Shown: piece by piece, positions 29,101 through 44,100 of the stretch
Layout of the letters: each line of letters starts with the position of its first letter
Position numbering within the stretch: the stretch's first letter is position 1
From: Balanoglossus misakiensis
Lineage: Eukaryota > Animalia > Hemichordata
Length of the DNA: 64,000 nucleotides
Reading direction: 5' to 3'
Assembly (NCBI GenBank): GCA_040954595.2
Contig: CM082582.2
Span: 6,122,303 to 6,186,302 of the forward strand
Translations under genes and position numbers: made by a program
The notes under the pieces: model-generated
Database searches by the model: none
What the model was told of the DNA's origin: nothing
What the model saw: the letters and a program-made list of their open reading frames with translations, nothing else

Positions 29101-32100
29101 AAAGAAAGACACGGCAGCAAACAACATACGTACCTCCATTTCCACCACCAGAACTGGTTCGTTTCGCTGAAGAGAAAAACAAAATTGACTAATAAGTATA
29201 TGGCTTAGCGTTGACTGTTTTTTTATAAATACGAAAAGATTTAACAACCGAAATTGTTATTCAATTGTAGTTTTAGCAGAATTCTTTCAACGGTGTATGT
29301 ATTTCGAAACAAGGTACTATAAGGGAGGGTCCAGTATTTATTGGCGGTGTGGGGCAGGAAAACCCTATACCACTGTCCTTACAGGTTTACTTATACGAAT
29401 TGCTTATACGGCCATAGTTCCTGTCGCGCCTTTTATTCAAACCCATGGATCTTTCGATCATACGTCGAATCGTGCTTGCCCAATCAGCAAGACGGTGTTA
29501 GGAGCTTGCCATGCAATTTGCCTTAAGTAATTCTCGAGTCGATGACTTATTTCGGTGACCTTGGCATTTGCACGGATTTGACCTTCAATCGCTTTGAAGT
29601 TTTCAATTACAATATTGATGTATAATGAACTCGCACACAAATGGTTAACATTAGCACTGCATGTGAAATATAACTACAGCACAAAATGGGTTATTTCAGA
29701 TCAAAACATTAAGAACTACTAATGTAGCCATGTGTTTGACGCGCACACAACACAAGACCCTGAGTGATGGATTATGTTGCGGTATATAATTGACTTTGGT
29801 CGGCCGCTAAAAATAGTACACCAACGGTCCCTTAACCATATACATGGATTTCACGCCGCATTGCCTTCACCTTGGCACATCCGCCACAAATGCAGACACT
29901 TGATGGGAAACGTTGGCAGTTCCCGGGATTTCAGTACTCTTTACACTCCATTTGCAACGATAGCTGAATTAGGAAATTTTTCAAGATAATGATTCTTCAA
30001 GGACTTAGGTCACTTTGAATACAGTTAGAGGTCACACATTCTCTGTCGTCTTATTTCATGTGGGCTTAACAATGGAACGAATGCCAAGTTATTAAGCGCA
30101 ACTTTTAATTGTTACTCTTTAGTATAGACAGAGGCCAAGTGAAAACAAACACTTATAGAAGTGACTGCCTTTTTAATCGGCTGTGGCAGAACGTACACAT
30201 AATGTTTAGATAATTAAACGAGATAAATATAATATGGCAAGGTCACACATAAAAGGATAGAATATGATAACCATGCACTTTCATTAAATTCAATATTCCC
30301 TTGGCAATTTAATGTATTCTTTAAATAATGATCACTTAACTTTCGAAACATTCAATGGCATTATCCTTAAGTACATTGTAATTAAAACCTGTAACGCTTG
30401 TTCATGCATGAAAATATGCGTACATTTTCATTGCTTAGAACTTTTCTACCAAGAACTCATATAAAACTACTTTTCATAAAATGAAATAGCTGCTCCCGCG
30501 GGAAATAGGTTTACGTTCTAGCAAATTAAGCTAAGTCCGTTAAGTGGTCATCCTGCAAAATGAGTGTAATACCCAAAACATGTCAACTCGTGGTTGCCGT
30601 GGAAACAAAATCGAGAACAAGGTAGGTACATACACTTGGCGACGTGCTCAAATGTCGACTCCATCAAGACATTTATAGGCAGAACAGCCTCTACGTCTGC
30701 GCAGACGCAGAGACGATATGACAACTTTTGCGACGTACCTTGGATTGTCAAGAAGCCATTCTCCCCGTTGCTGGGATACCCGCCTCCGCCAATCACGTTT
30801 TCTTCTTCTCTGGGCAGACGACCTGCCGCGTGTCCCGTGATGGCGATGTCGATGACGCCCCCTCCCCCGCCCTGGCCGCAGAATGTCCCGTTGTCCGGCA
30901 GGAAGCTGCCGTCTCCGCCGCCAACGTCAAGGACACCGGTCGGGCCGAACTCGACCACTGCGGCCTCTAGACGTATTCTGCCGCCACTGCCACCGCCCGC
31001 ACACTGGCTCGGATCATCCGACGCCACGCTTTGGTTCGCTGATTGCCCCCTTGCGCTGATGACTTTGTCTGAAGTTAAAAAACAACAGCAATACAAGTTA
31101 ATCTCTCTCATCGTTTCATACAGTACTGATAGAGTAAACCATAGCAAGCTTAGATGCTAGCATTGTGCTAGCGTTTTTAGCCCACCACTGAAATTCTCTT
31201 GGTTTAACTATAACACACCTTTCTCATAAAATCTCATAATACTGCTGGTACTGGGAGGTGTGAATGCTTTTCACTGAAAATGTTAGCACAACAGTGAAAG
31301 CGTTGGTGCTGAGAAGTGCCAACACAACATGGAAACAAGTGTCATGGAAATGCTAGCATTGTGCGAAAGGTCTTCCAGCAGAGTGCCAACACAAAGTGCT
31401 AGGTTCTACAGCACCAGTACTGTACTTTTTGACTTGTTTTCATACAATGTAAAACCACTTGTAGCACTTAACCATTTAAGTGATTTCTACGTGTCGTTGG
31501 TATGATTTCACAAACTCTTTACTTCTTTTAGCGTTTTGCTTTGTTGTAAAAAATACCGCGCTTTTGCCGTTGATCATTGTGTTATATCATAGACCATGGC
31601 CAGGGTACATATATATGAGCTCGATCTGCAGCAACAGTTATGTTGGAGTAAACTGAACTTTACCCAGATGGTCACTTTCTTTGATATGTAAATGATAGTC
31701 TCATTATGCATGTATGTGTTATGTAAGCTTGGTGGGGTTTTTCCGTTCTTGTAGGTGTTCAACACAAAGCAGACTTGGTCAGTGATGTTCATCCACTACA
31801 CGTGTTGGTGTCCAATAAAGTAAGTGACTGTACTGAAAACAAGCTATCGCTTCCTCTCGTCATATCATTGCACCGTACGCAATGAACTACCGCACCTCAA
31901 CAAGTTACAGCTGTAATTTATCATATTTCATAGTTTCATGAGCCGGCCGCAATACTGCTTCACTCTGTCATGACATAGCCACCTCCCAACCACGGCGACC
32001 AACATAGGCGTATTCGCAGAACGCACGGTGTATAACGCTTAATGCGTCCACTCACATCACAATACGTGCCGTGGAAGTTGGGCACCGAGAGATCCGCTCA

Positions 32101-35100
32101 CCGGAAGCCCGCCCCGCTTCCCGCTACATTACAGTTCCCTTCAAGGACGTAAATTTACGAGGTGAAATAAACGGCTGAATGAGACTCTGCTTCCTGCGGT
32201 TGGCTTTCACACGTAATATATAAATGCACTTTTTTAATCGTTGCCTTTTTTCTTTTCTCTGTAATTTTTTTTCCTTCAAAGGCCAAATCAATCGGATGAC
32301 CACGTTAGGGCGGAATTGGGTGCAGCCAATGAATGGGTCACGTAATCGATGGATCGGATGAATCAGCGGGAATCTGCAGCTCCGTTTGTCCTCATAAATA
32401 CACTTCAGGTAATCACCCGAATGAAATCACGGCTATATACAGACCGCAGTGAGATCAATAACGATTCAAAGACAACGCCGACGTCACTGTATTAAGTATT
32501 ACACCAGCCATGTATTTCATCAACCGTACAGGGTTTACTTCATGAGGTTTATTTCGAAATTATCGCCATTTTAGTTGCTACGCGGTAAAGGCGATGTAAC
32601 CAGATGTTCGGAAATATCCAAACCCTGTGTAAATCAGCGAATCGTGGAAATATGGAAATGACTCGCGCCGAGTGAAAAGGCTCCAATGTCCCGTAGCGGC
32701 AAATCCATCATACTTTTGCTCATTTAATCATAGCTTGTATTTCATTCCTCAAAGTGCTGCGTAAATAACTGTTATTTGATTTTTCCAAGTGAGACTTCAA
32801 CAGCTGTGTTTGCTGGTAATTAAGGCGCGACCACGTGACCTGACCTTGTTGAATGTGCAGTCTTACAATTAGATGAATTATGGAGCAGTTTTGCGAAACA
32901 AGTAAACCTACGGAAACAAGGATCACGGATTCGAGACAGAAACCATTGCTGTCAAATGTACAATGTTTTAAAGTTAGGCGTCTACGAAAATATCGCTTGA
33001 CATCGCCGGCCTCGGTTAGATTACGAATCTCAAAACTGACGTTTGCCACATTTAGTTATGAAGTCATCTCTTATTTTGACGTCATTGAGTACACCTTTTA
33101 AAACCAAACAGTAAACAATCTCGAAAGTAGTTAATGTATGTTCGTTACCTGATCTTTGGCCCTATCAAAAAACCACGAAAGTGGATAGTGCTTTGAGTGC
33201 AGAAGGCTGTCACATAGAAGTATACCCATCAGTCTCAAGTGTGGCAATGTATCGGTTTTTTTTCTTCGAGTCAACTACGCGATGTCACTAAAACATTCCA
33301 TTTCTCTTAAACCTAAAAACAATATATATATACATTCCATGCCCGTTGCAAAACTAAAAAATAAATATATTTCATATAACATAAAATTTACAAAGTATGG
33401 CCAAACGAGACAAGAAATGCCAGGTTGGATTTGCATATCACGCATAAAGGTTTAGATTCTCAAATCCCTGGAAATTGTCACGTTTGCAAACAACTCGGTA
33501 TTGGAAAGTAACGGCCCGCCTCTGCCCTTTACCGCGCCTTTATATGTTCGGTATTTGAAGAAAGGCTCTCTCTGCATTAAGTCCCGCAAACAAATCACTT
33601 TTATATGGCATTTTAATCGAAAACAAAACAATTACCATGGCACCGCTGTACTTAATTCGCAGCTATAAATGTATCGTTTCCGCGCGGCAAAAATCACGTT
33701 TTATAACAAGAAATAAAATCAAAGTGTCACTTAATTTCATGGAAAGCACTTTATTCAATGGTGCCTGTAAAACGTGATTTACGAGCAAAATTTATGTCTA
33801 AAGGTTTTTTGGTCACTATATACTACCTCTCTGTCTTCTCCCCATTAAAGATCAGTCGACGGAGATTTACTATGCTCAAGACTTAATCCGTTGTGTGTCG
33901 ACGTTTATGCTTTGAATCGATTGGTTCACACGGACTTGTACATTAATCAGAGTTAAGATACTGGTATCTTTCGCTGTCTCTTCCATCTAACGACCAAACG
34001 AAAAAAATGTTTTTGATACAATGGCATTGAAACTGTTGACTAGGATATTGTTGAGTGATCTCTCCGCACTTAAGAAGATTGCTTTATCACGAGTTAATCG
34101 TGCATAAATCCTGTATGATAATAAAAAATCTCTTTCAATTAAGCGGAAACGCTACTCTGTCACAGAAACGTGTGGTTTGATGCGACCAGAGATAGAAGGT
34201 GTGATTCCCCACCTAATACATGGACGATACCGCAAAACAATAACATCTACCTCGAGTTATGATCGTTGCAAAATGACCAGTGTGGAATAGACGCTGGGAA
34301 GTGTATAAGCTTCAAGATGAAATTTATAGCTGAAAATGACAATGGCAGTGTCTATCAATGACTTTTCATCCGTGTTTGTACAGCAAAAGCCAAAACGCTA
34401 TAAGCCACGAATAAATGGGTTCGCCTCAGAAAAAATGATCATTGCACAGAAATATACATGTACGTTATGTTAGTGTACCCTGGCAACAGATTAAACATTA
34501 CGGCGTGTTGCTAAGCAACCGGTAACTGTTCTCTCGCCACATTGATTCAGTATTGACACACTCTCGTCAAAGTTAGGAATGTTCATTTAAGGGCGCTTTC
34601 AGCAATTGGGTCAGGGGTGGGCAGGCGGAGCTTGGAGTTTGAAAATAGCTGCCATGTAGGAATCCATGCGGCATCCCAATATTGTTGCGAGACAAAATAG
34701 TTTTTATTATTTTAATCAGTGTATTATTTTTTAAATGTTGTGTTTCTCTGTTTTCAGGGGCGTTTTTATGTCTAACACTATGTGGATAAGACTTTAACAT
34801 TGATTTAGAGAAATAAACCGTCTCAGTATCTCTCGCATATTTACTGCATTATTTTACAGTAACCAGGCGATCGCCATGGAAAGTGCAATCACATTGTTGC
34901 GTGAATAGGTAGACAGATGGTCACGGTCAGTGTGTCAGGCGCACCGATAAGAGCTTTCCAATAACCGTGATTCCTTTTGTCGATGACACAGAAACATTCA
35001 CAAGTAAATGTAATGTATTGGACTGAGTTACTGACTTACCCACGATGATTGCGTGTGCTGCTTTGATGTAAATGGAACCACCACCCCTGGCATAAGTGGA

Positions 35101-38100
35101 CGAATCCGCTTCACTGAGATCGCTAACACCACCTAAAAATCAGACAAAGCGTGTCATAATGTTGTCGTGAGGATTGTGATATAGGTGCGGCCATTTTGAA
35201 TGTGAAATACTCAGTACCAGTGATTTTTGATGGTTTTGTGAATGTAAGATTTTTCTCGAGAAAGGTATACGAAAAATTGTAGCAGACACACTTTTATGTG
35301 CGTACTGTATTATCTCTTTAAAAACCGAACAGGTTAAATGGCGTAACATTCGTATAAAGCACTATGAGCTCTTAGCGCAGTTATTCCTTTTAATGACGTG
35401 AATGGACGACACTTACGCGCTTTTTAGCGTTGTGTACCACGAACTTTGTCCCACGATCAACGCCCTCGAGAGGGCAATATCAGAGTGAAGTACGTACAAG
35501 TTTTGATCAAATGTGCCGTGCCTGTGTTGCATAGTATAGCAATTTTCCAGATCTTCACGCGCGGTGGTACGCGCAATATATCGTCGCTCGCTGCAGCATG
35601 AGTGAGAACATGCGACAAGCGAAGTGTTAGCAGTTGATTCCAATTGGTTTTGGAAAAAATCAAGAGATTGAGTCTTCAATGTTCTTACAATCCGCGAGTT
35701 GGAAACTTTCTTGAATTTACTGGGATTTCAGAAATTGTTTGTCCTATTGCTTAAGGGGATTTGAATGTTTATGAATGATTGGCAGAAGATTAACCCACTT
35801 CGAAAATTAAGTAAAATCGCTTGTACAGTCCGGCTGTGATCAATCTTAATTTCTCATTACATTTGCCTCCGAAATAAAGTACGTTTTACATAAAAGCATC
35901 CTTGCTGAATAAAAGTTGACCAAACTAATTTTCTTTCTATATTCTCCACCCGAACGTTGTCCAAACTGGGGTAATTGAATTTAGTTGAGACTGGCTTCGC
36001 TGCGACATCGGCTTACACGTGGCGCCCTGCCCGTAGCACGGGAATAGCGTGAAGGCGCGCAAGAATGCGACAAATGACGTAGGAACACCATATGGACTTT
36101 TGCATGCAGTGTTTACCGTGCGTATTGGGTTTGTCAAATCCACCGATCTCATGATGACGTCACGGTAGTTTTCATTCTATGCGCGGTAACAACAATGCGT
36201 TTAGTCAAAAAACCGCCAAGAAGTAAAACTGACGGCACAGACTATAGTGCGTATATTAATGGCACGCAAAAAAACCTATTAAAATTATTGCAACCATGGC
36301 AACCCACCTGCACTTCCTCCAAGCACAACAACTCCGTCGGTATCACTGGTTCCGTACTGCTTGCCATATTCAGTGCCGTTGACATCAACGACCCAGCCGC
36401 CACCTTTGCCACCGTGTCCGCCGCCGCCGGGAAAACGATCCGAAATTCCCGCTCCGGGGCCTAAGAATTCTGCAACGGTTAAGTAAATAGATTTAATTAA
36501 TTTGATGCACCCACGACCCATACGTGTTGTGGTAGAAGTGAAATTTTTAGCTAAACCCTTTTCACTCGGAATTTATCATAAGAAGAAGATTGATTATAAT
36601 CATGTTAAGATACATTTGGAAGTCGCGAGAATACTCCCTTTTTTGATTTCGGAACTCCTGTACCAGTATAGACTTGCGGTATTTAGTTTTTAAATTCTCC
36701 ATGTCAGGCGAAATCTTTGATGCTTTTTTTCAAAATAACTATCCTCTTTTTATATCAAAGCACTAATATAGATTTCATATTGTACAGCGCCGTCGAGGAA
36801 TGACGACGAAGCGCACATATGAAAATGGGGTCATAAATTCTCAGTGTCTGTAATGGATGCCTTTAAGAAGGTTACCAGTTCATAAGACCCCCCCCCCCCC
36901 AAAAAAAAAAGTGAGAGAAAAATAATGAAAGATGAATGGCACTTTTGAGCTATGCACTTCCAGGGTCATAGGTCAATATTAGTGAATTTGACTTAAGGGT
37001 ACGTCTATCCATCATCGCCGTTACAGTTCATATAACCTGCATGGTTCGTAAATTTTATTGTTAATCTAAACCGAGTGTCTGTGTTTACCTCAAATGACAT
37101 GCAGACGGCAACTTAAAACGTCTAGTCTGTCTGCGTGCTCGCTTGCCAGAGTTATTACTAGGCATTAGTTTTTTTGACGAATGTAATCGCGCGTCCGTAT
37201 ATATACCCGATGGATTAAAGCAATACCGTTATCTGATATAAACTGAATTGGCTTTTTAAAAGGCAAAATGATACAGCTTGACGTGAGTGGTTCTCGCCGA
37301 GGTGAATTTGAGATTGATAGACGAACCTGCGTATCCACCCAGAAAGTTGACGTTCACTGGACCGTTGTCGGCGTCCAGGTTCAAAGTCGTCCTGATTTCA
37401 ACGTCCCCGCTTTCGCTCTCCACTGACAACGGGTTCTCGCCGACAATCTCGACGGGCGTCCGCAGCAGAACGGTGCCGTTGAACCTGAAGCGGGCCAGCT
37501 CGCAACTCCACTCCGCCTCGGCGCCGTCTTGGTACGTGTACGTGGTGAAGGACCCCTCGAACGTGTCGACGGTGAGTTGGGGCGGGACGGTCGTCGTTTC
37601 GTTGAGACTGCTCTCCGTCGTCGCCGTCACGTTCGGAGTAGTACTGTCGGTGGTGTTTGAAACGTCCGCCGGAGTTGTGTTGAATATGGCGCTACTCGTC
37701 GTAGTTTCTGGGAAATAAACCTCTTCGTAGGAATGCGTCCACGTAGCGTCGGTTGTGTTAATCACAACCTTGCCCGTTTCGAACAGGTGATACTCTCCTT
37801 AAAAGAGAAAAAGGCAACAGGTCATCTGGTTAAAAAGCAATTGTCAGGAATTAACTAATATGAAAATACACATTGTGCGACTTTGTGTTAGTAAATTCAT
37901 CCCTGCTCACTCCAAACTCTCTGTCTCCCAGTCTCTGCCTCTCTGTTTCTCCCCTCTCTCCCTCTCTCTGTGTGTCTGTCTGCCACTCTGCCTGCCCTCC
38001 TGTCTGTCTGTCTGTCTGTCTATTACATGTTAACAATGCTTGGCACTATGTAATTGGTCCCACGCAGACAATGGATAAAATATACAAGTCACCGACACTA

Positions 38101-41100
38101 TATTATTTTGCGTTTAGCGTTTACCCTCTGCTCAATACGAAATGGTTTTTACAGGAGTCGTTTGTACAACCAACAGCACTATTTTTCTATTGCAAGTATA
38201 AATCTATTTGTCTAAAATTTTCTTGTCAGTACATGACATACCAAAGCACGCACCACGCCTGACATGTCTTTCGCGTTACGCTCACGTCGAGATTCGTCAT
38301 ATTTGAACAAAGTGCTGACCCGAGGGGGTACTAGTATACTCTATGGTAGAAACAAGCAACATTCCCCTGCAGAATAGAGTGTGTTTTCGTGATCGATAGC
38401 CGAAAGAATGTCAACTTTTAATTTCAATAAGTCACAGGTAGATGGGCACGTCTCTGAGCAATTCATCAGGGTATTACTGGTTTAATCCAGCCTGAAAAAA
38501 TGCTACTCTACAGCGATTCCCAGGGTATTACGATGGATCAGCGGTACATTGTTCCATTATCGCGCAGACTGAAAAAACACCTACGAAGAACCTGGCTTTG
38601 CCCTCCATAATACGTCTGTCGTGGCATTGAATTGTTAATGGAAATCGGAATGATGTACGGTGGTTAAATAGTTCAATGTCAAGGGTATGATAAATGCGGC
38701 ACCCCCACGTGACATAAAATGTGATGTATCGAGTAAATTCGTTTTTATTTTAGCCTGATTAAGTTTTATCTTGATAAATGGCACGCGTGTCAGAAATACA
38801 CGAAAACCGGTTGGTATAATCGTTTTTTCCTAATCACGTGTTAGTCTTGACAAGTTTTTTTTTTTACTTTTCCCCGGTGTAACGTATCGGCCATGACGTC
38901 CGCCACAATGCGAAGAAAGAAAAAGTTCTTGTCGTTTCCCGCCTGCAGCAGCTTTAGTAAGTGGGAGGAGGCTAAAATTCGACCCGGTGACGTGGGAATT
39001 GACTTGTTTTTAGGGAATTATTCGTTTCCCATGAATTTCCGGGTCTGTTCAAGGATATTCTTTACGCAAACGCGCATCCCGTATGCAAATGGCGCATTGA
39101 TACACCGATAACCGTGTACGTTAAATGAAATTTCCGGCGGACGAATTTGAGACTTAGTATGCCACTGCGGTGTTGCTCCGCAGCACTCTCATTCCGATGA
39201 CTTAACCGTTTCTGCCTTCGATTAATCACCTGGACGTGATTTCATTCCAACTGAAAGGGTGAAAAATCAAGAGGCAAGAACGATCCATTATTACACTTTT
39301 GGAAACGTGTTATCGTCATCCAGTGACCATCGTTAAAACATTTGACTAGATTTGTAAGGTTACAGACTACTATACGTGTGTCGTGGCCATGCCGACTTTA
39401 AAAGTTGCAACATTGCACTTATGGAGAATGTGTTAAGTAACCATGCATGAATTATTCAAATAACTCAAAGTTTCAGACATCCCAGATCTATATTTCGTGT
39501 TTATCAGAGTAAAGTCACGTGACACAAGTTAGCTATTCTGGCGTTTAATACCCCGCGAATAAATATGTCTATAGTCGGAAATAGAAAGACTGTAGAAATA
39601 TAATGATGAATTTGCGCGCCAACGTGTCATAAAATCCGAAGAGTTTAATTTCGTATGTCGTCTGCAATAAAATCCCGCATTGTGCTGCTATCATAAATTT
39701 CATTCTTTTCTCTTTGTTTATTCAATATGCGTCGTAATAAATACAGACTCTGAGTTCAGCAGTAAACAATGCAGTGGTTTGCTCACAGCTGAAATGGACT
39801 GTCAGCATCCGACAATTCAAAACACTCACCGAGGAAATCGTTTTTCTGTTTTCATCATCACACACAGTTATTAACTACAACACACGTGCCATATTGGACT
39901 ATTAATCTTTAAAGGCCAATCTGAATAACTCTACGCGCTCCGTCTCACGTTCAATACACTTCTTCGCATCGCTAGTTTTTTGTCGCCCACGGCTTGAATA
40001 CTTGGAATTCGGGGCAATTGGACATAAAAAACAAGAATTACGACAAACTCTGATAGCAAGACGTAAAAGAAAGCTTGCCACATCGCCCATAAACAGTGAT
40101 GTTGACTCCGCCTTGGCGTTACGTTATTTTCGTTTTTTGCCCCGAAGGGTAACCGTGTAACAAATTAGATATTTAAATTTAAACCGATCTAAACTTAAAA
40201 CGAGATGCGGTCAATACACGCGGGTATACACGGGCGCGAAATAAAAGTCTGTTTAATTGTCTTACGGTACCACCAATTCCATACATCCACAACGTAAAAT
40301 AAAATTCGTAGGTTCTGTGTGATCTGTCAGTGGATCTCTGGACTTTGGGGTGGAACCATTTGATAGCGGGAGAACTTTTGCAAAATTGTTGGCAGTTTTT
40401 TCGACTAGAGAACAGATAAATAGCATAATATGGGGTCATATAGGTTCTAGAGTAAAAGAATCTGTTTTTGGGGGGCCACGGCAAATCGCCCCGGAAAAGC
40501 GTAACATTTCTGTCCGTGCGTATACAGTACAGAAATAAAAGAATGTCACCTTTTTGTATAGGAAAGAAAAAGGAGCCTTGCAATCTGCATGTATACCATA
40601 CGTTCAACCAAAGCTTGACATTAACTGCGTTTATCTTTACTATGCAACTCGCATTTTAGGTGCTTTGTGATCGCGGCCAGCGTTTAACAATCGATATATA
40701 TGAGATCATTGTGGAGCCGAATAGCAGTTACTTTAAATCTCGCCATACGGTTGTGACGCAAAAAGCACGAAGCGCGGCAATATCTTGAATGGTACGTTCC
40801 CTTGAGGACGAGCGTGGAGAGACGGCGCGCTTCGCGCAGACTGAGTCATTACCTCAAGGGTCAGCATGCATCACTCGACTCCCATTCGTGAAGTTAGTTA
40901 CAAGAACAGTATCATCATAAAATGAAATCACCGGCTGTAAAGCGATTCGTAAACAAGTTGACAGCAACTTTTTCAGTCGAAAAGATTAACAGTTCGATGT
41001 TGTGTAAACGAGCTTTGCGCTCAGCCCTGCGGTGATAACCTGTGTTCAAAACAAGTTATACCGACGTGTATACTCAACTTGCAAATGCAAATATTTTACG

Positions 41101-44100
41101 CTGGCTGAGAAGAAAATGGATTCGGATATTAAGGTAACTTGTCAGGTTTGCGGGGGCCAGGCATTTCTATTGGTCTTTAGAGTTGCAACTCGTCAACAGG
41201 AAAAGACGCTGAAAGCCTATTACATGTCCTTGGAAAACTGTGTTATCAGTTAAGTGTATGGAAAATTCCTGTTTATGATTGGCATTTCTCAGTTCATCAC
41301 TTTGGCACTTTTAACTCAAATAAACTGCATATGTGTTATCAAATTAAAATTCGTGTCTCAGAATTGTCAATCTTTCTCAGTAAAACTGAATGCAAAGAAA
41401 ACGATCCTTAAACTTAATTATTGTGAAAAAAAACCTGTTTTAAAATTTGAGTCACGGTTTTGCTAACAGTGCTGTACATAAAAGTTTCAGACAAACAAGT
41501 TTATGCACATGTTGGGCTCAAAAGAATGTACATATTATATCATATAGCTCTAACCGTGCACTTGTAAAACAACACAAACTGAAACAACACACTATCAAAT
41601 AACCCTATACGGTGCAGAGTATTAACGTGTATATACGTATATAAAGCGAACTGACCCCAAACGCACATGATAATAGCTTTTTCGCTGTTGACCCAATCCC
41701 CACGGAGACGAACGAATCTTCTCGCAGAATAAATTGGTTTCAAGACGTTAAAATTCCGATCACATCTTCAAAACCTTGACCCAGCATATAAAGGATTTAG
41801 ATGATCATACGAGATTTAAACCTGGCTAAAAGTTCTTAAAGCTCGTTTCCCATTGCACAGCATTCGCGCTTGTTAAGGCGGTTTACTCAAGGGGGAAATA
41901 TATTGGCAACGGTTGCTAAGAACTATTGTAAAAATTTAATGTAAATGTGTTGTTGTTATTAATGAGAAAGAAATTAGGACCATGAAAACAGAACAGACGA
42001 CAGTTTTTGTCTCGGTCAGCGGCGTCATAGATATGCAAATGTCCACAACTTTATTTTAGAAACGTCTCACTCTCATAGATGTTCAATTTAAGACCTTAAC
42101 ACCTGTCCAGGTTTTCTACACAAATAGAAACGGTTTTGAAATGATGATTATCTACTTAGTATTTCATAACATTTTAGAGTGCTTTCGGGCGATTTCTCAG
42201 AAACCGCCTTGCCGGATTTTCAAAAAAATCCCCGTCTATATCATTCTCTAGGACCTATATAATTCTACTTAATAAATCCTAGCCGAATTGATTGAAAATG
42301 GATCAAAGAGTTGAGGGGGTTTCGAAGTTTGCTAAGACGTTAGGAGCTGAAAATACGTAGGAAAACAACGGAACGATAAGATTCATTTGCGCATGACAGC
42401 GGTGGGCGTTTGGAACCTGGCCAACAACAAACGCGCGCCTTCAAGCTTCTGCGTGCTAATTTGTTTAATTTAGTTATCAATACGGGGGAGGTACGCTGGT
42501 TCAACCCAAATCTGTTAAAAAATTAAATGATTGAGAGAACTCCACTGCGCCCCAACACACGGATCCCCGACAATATCGGACGGAGCACTCTGTATCCATA
42601 GCGAGGCTATCTGACGCATGCCCAGAGGAAACAAGTAATAAAGCGATTGTTCTTGTAATGGCGGCAGACCATCGCTTATACTCTGTTCTTGTTGCTATTT
42701 CTACACTCTTGCAAATGTCAAACCTGTCCATCTCGCGGGTATACTAATTTGTTTGCAGAAAATCGACCCTACGGAGGGTATTGACACAACTTATATTTAG
42801 ATCTATCATTGACATAACCAACTTTTACTGTTGCCATGACAATTTCAATTCGATAATGTGTAAGACCGTCGCGATCGTAATAGGTCCCTTTCATGCAATT
42901 AATATATGTCGCAGATCTGTTGTATGACGCGAACGATTCAAATTGTATAATAGTACTTGTGTTCACGCTAAATCCAGTTTTAGCCTTCAGAGATTACACG
43001 GCAATTATGAATATCACTTTGTGGATCAATCTTCGCGACACCAGTTTAAAAAAATAGAACTCGCCCGGCCTTTCCGAATTCGACTGGTGCCTGGAAAAGA
43101 ATAAGGCTTTCGAATTTGCCATTTAAAGTACAAAATCGTAACTTTGAACTTATTGGACTTCCTAATTTCTGCTAATATTAATCTAATAAACACACTTCCC
43201 AGCTCCGCAAACTAATCAGATTACAAACTACATAAATATAAAATTTAATATGCCAACTATAATTTTTATGACAAGTCTTAGCAGAATTATAATGTTATAT
43301 ATCTATTCATCATGCGTTTTGTGAAATGATCGAGCGAATCGTACGCTCAACCCTTCGGGCAGAAATGATCTTATATGGAGACGTGATGAACTCATGTTCG
43401 CTCGTAAAACTTTGTCGTGTTTTGACAAGTTCTTGTGTTACGTTTCATGTGTTGTCGAAGAAACTTGCTGTCACCATCATCTCCACTACCACTAACAACA
43501 ACAACAAGAATGACATGGAAAATGGAATTACTACCTGGAATGATTGCACAATCACCATGCCAAGACAGCATCTGGAAAAAAAAACAATATTGATTTTACA
43601 TATTGGTAAAACATATTGAAAGCGCATAACGTATTAAAAGTCCATTTATAAAGACAGATCAAAATATAATGCACCTCCCATGCAAATTCATGGTTGGTTA
43701 TCGTCAACAAGAATTGGAATGTTGTCAGAATAACCAATCTATTCGATATAGACTCAAAAGTCCCCTTTCACGTTGATAATTTAATTCTTAACGCTGTCGT
43801 TCGACCTAGGTTTTTTTTAAGCATTGCCGCGGTTAATTGACACCGAGTGCTTCCACGGCAAGGTTCGTAAATTGCTCCACAAAAGGAATGTCTATTTACC
43901 CAGTCTACAATAACACCTTTGCAAAGTACTCCAATTAATTTAATTAACAAAACGAGCTGTCTTGTGATTTCATCGGAAGGCCGAACGAAAATTCCCCGGG
44001 CGAGAGAGCGAGCAGTGCCGCGATGTTTAAATTGATTTCGCCGAGGCCAGACCTTCGGGCAGATCTCAATCAAAAGGGGCAAAAACCTGCTGACATTCTT

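Noticed and set aside
30594-31160. 188-aa Pro-rich + strand ORF
   Set aside because: Antisense of the Gly-rich aGPCR exon (GGN codons read as CCN).
37287-37718. 143-aa Val-rich + strand ORF
   Set aside because: Antisense of the Thr-rich aGPCR exon.
39830-39860. Candidate first exon [10 protein letters not shown] with a gtgagt donor
   Set aside because: Phase 2 does not join exon 37797 and it has no signal peptide; exons 44938-45018 and 43535-43571 fit better.
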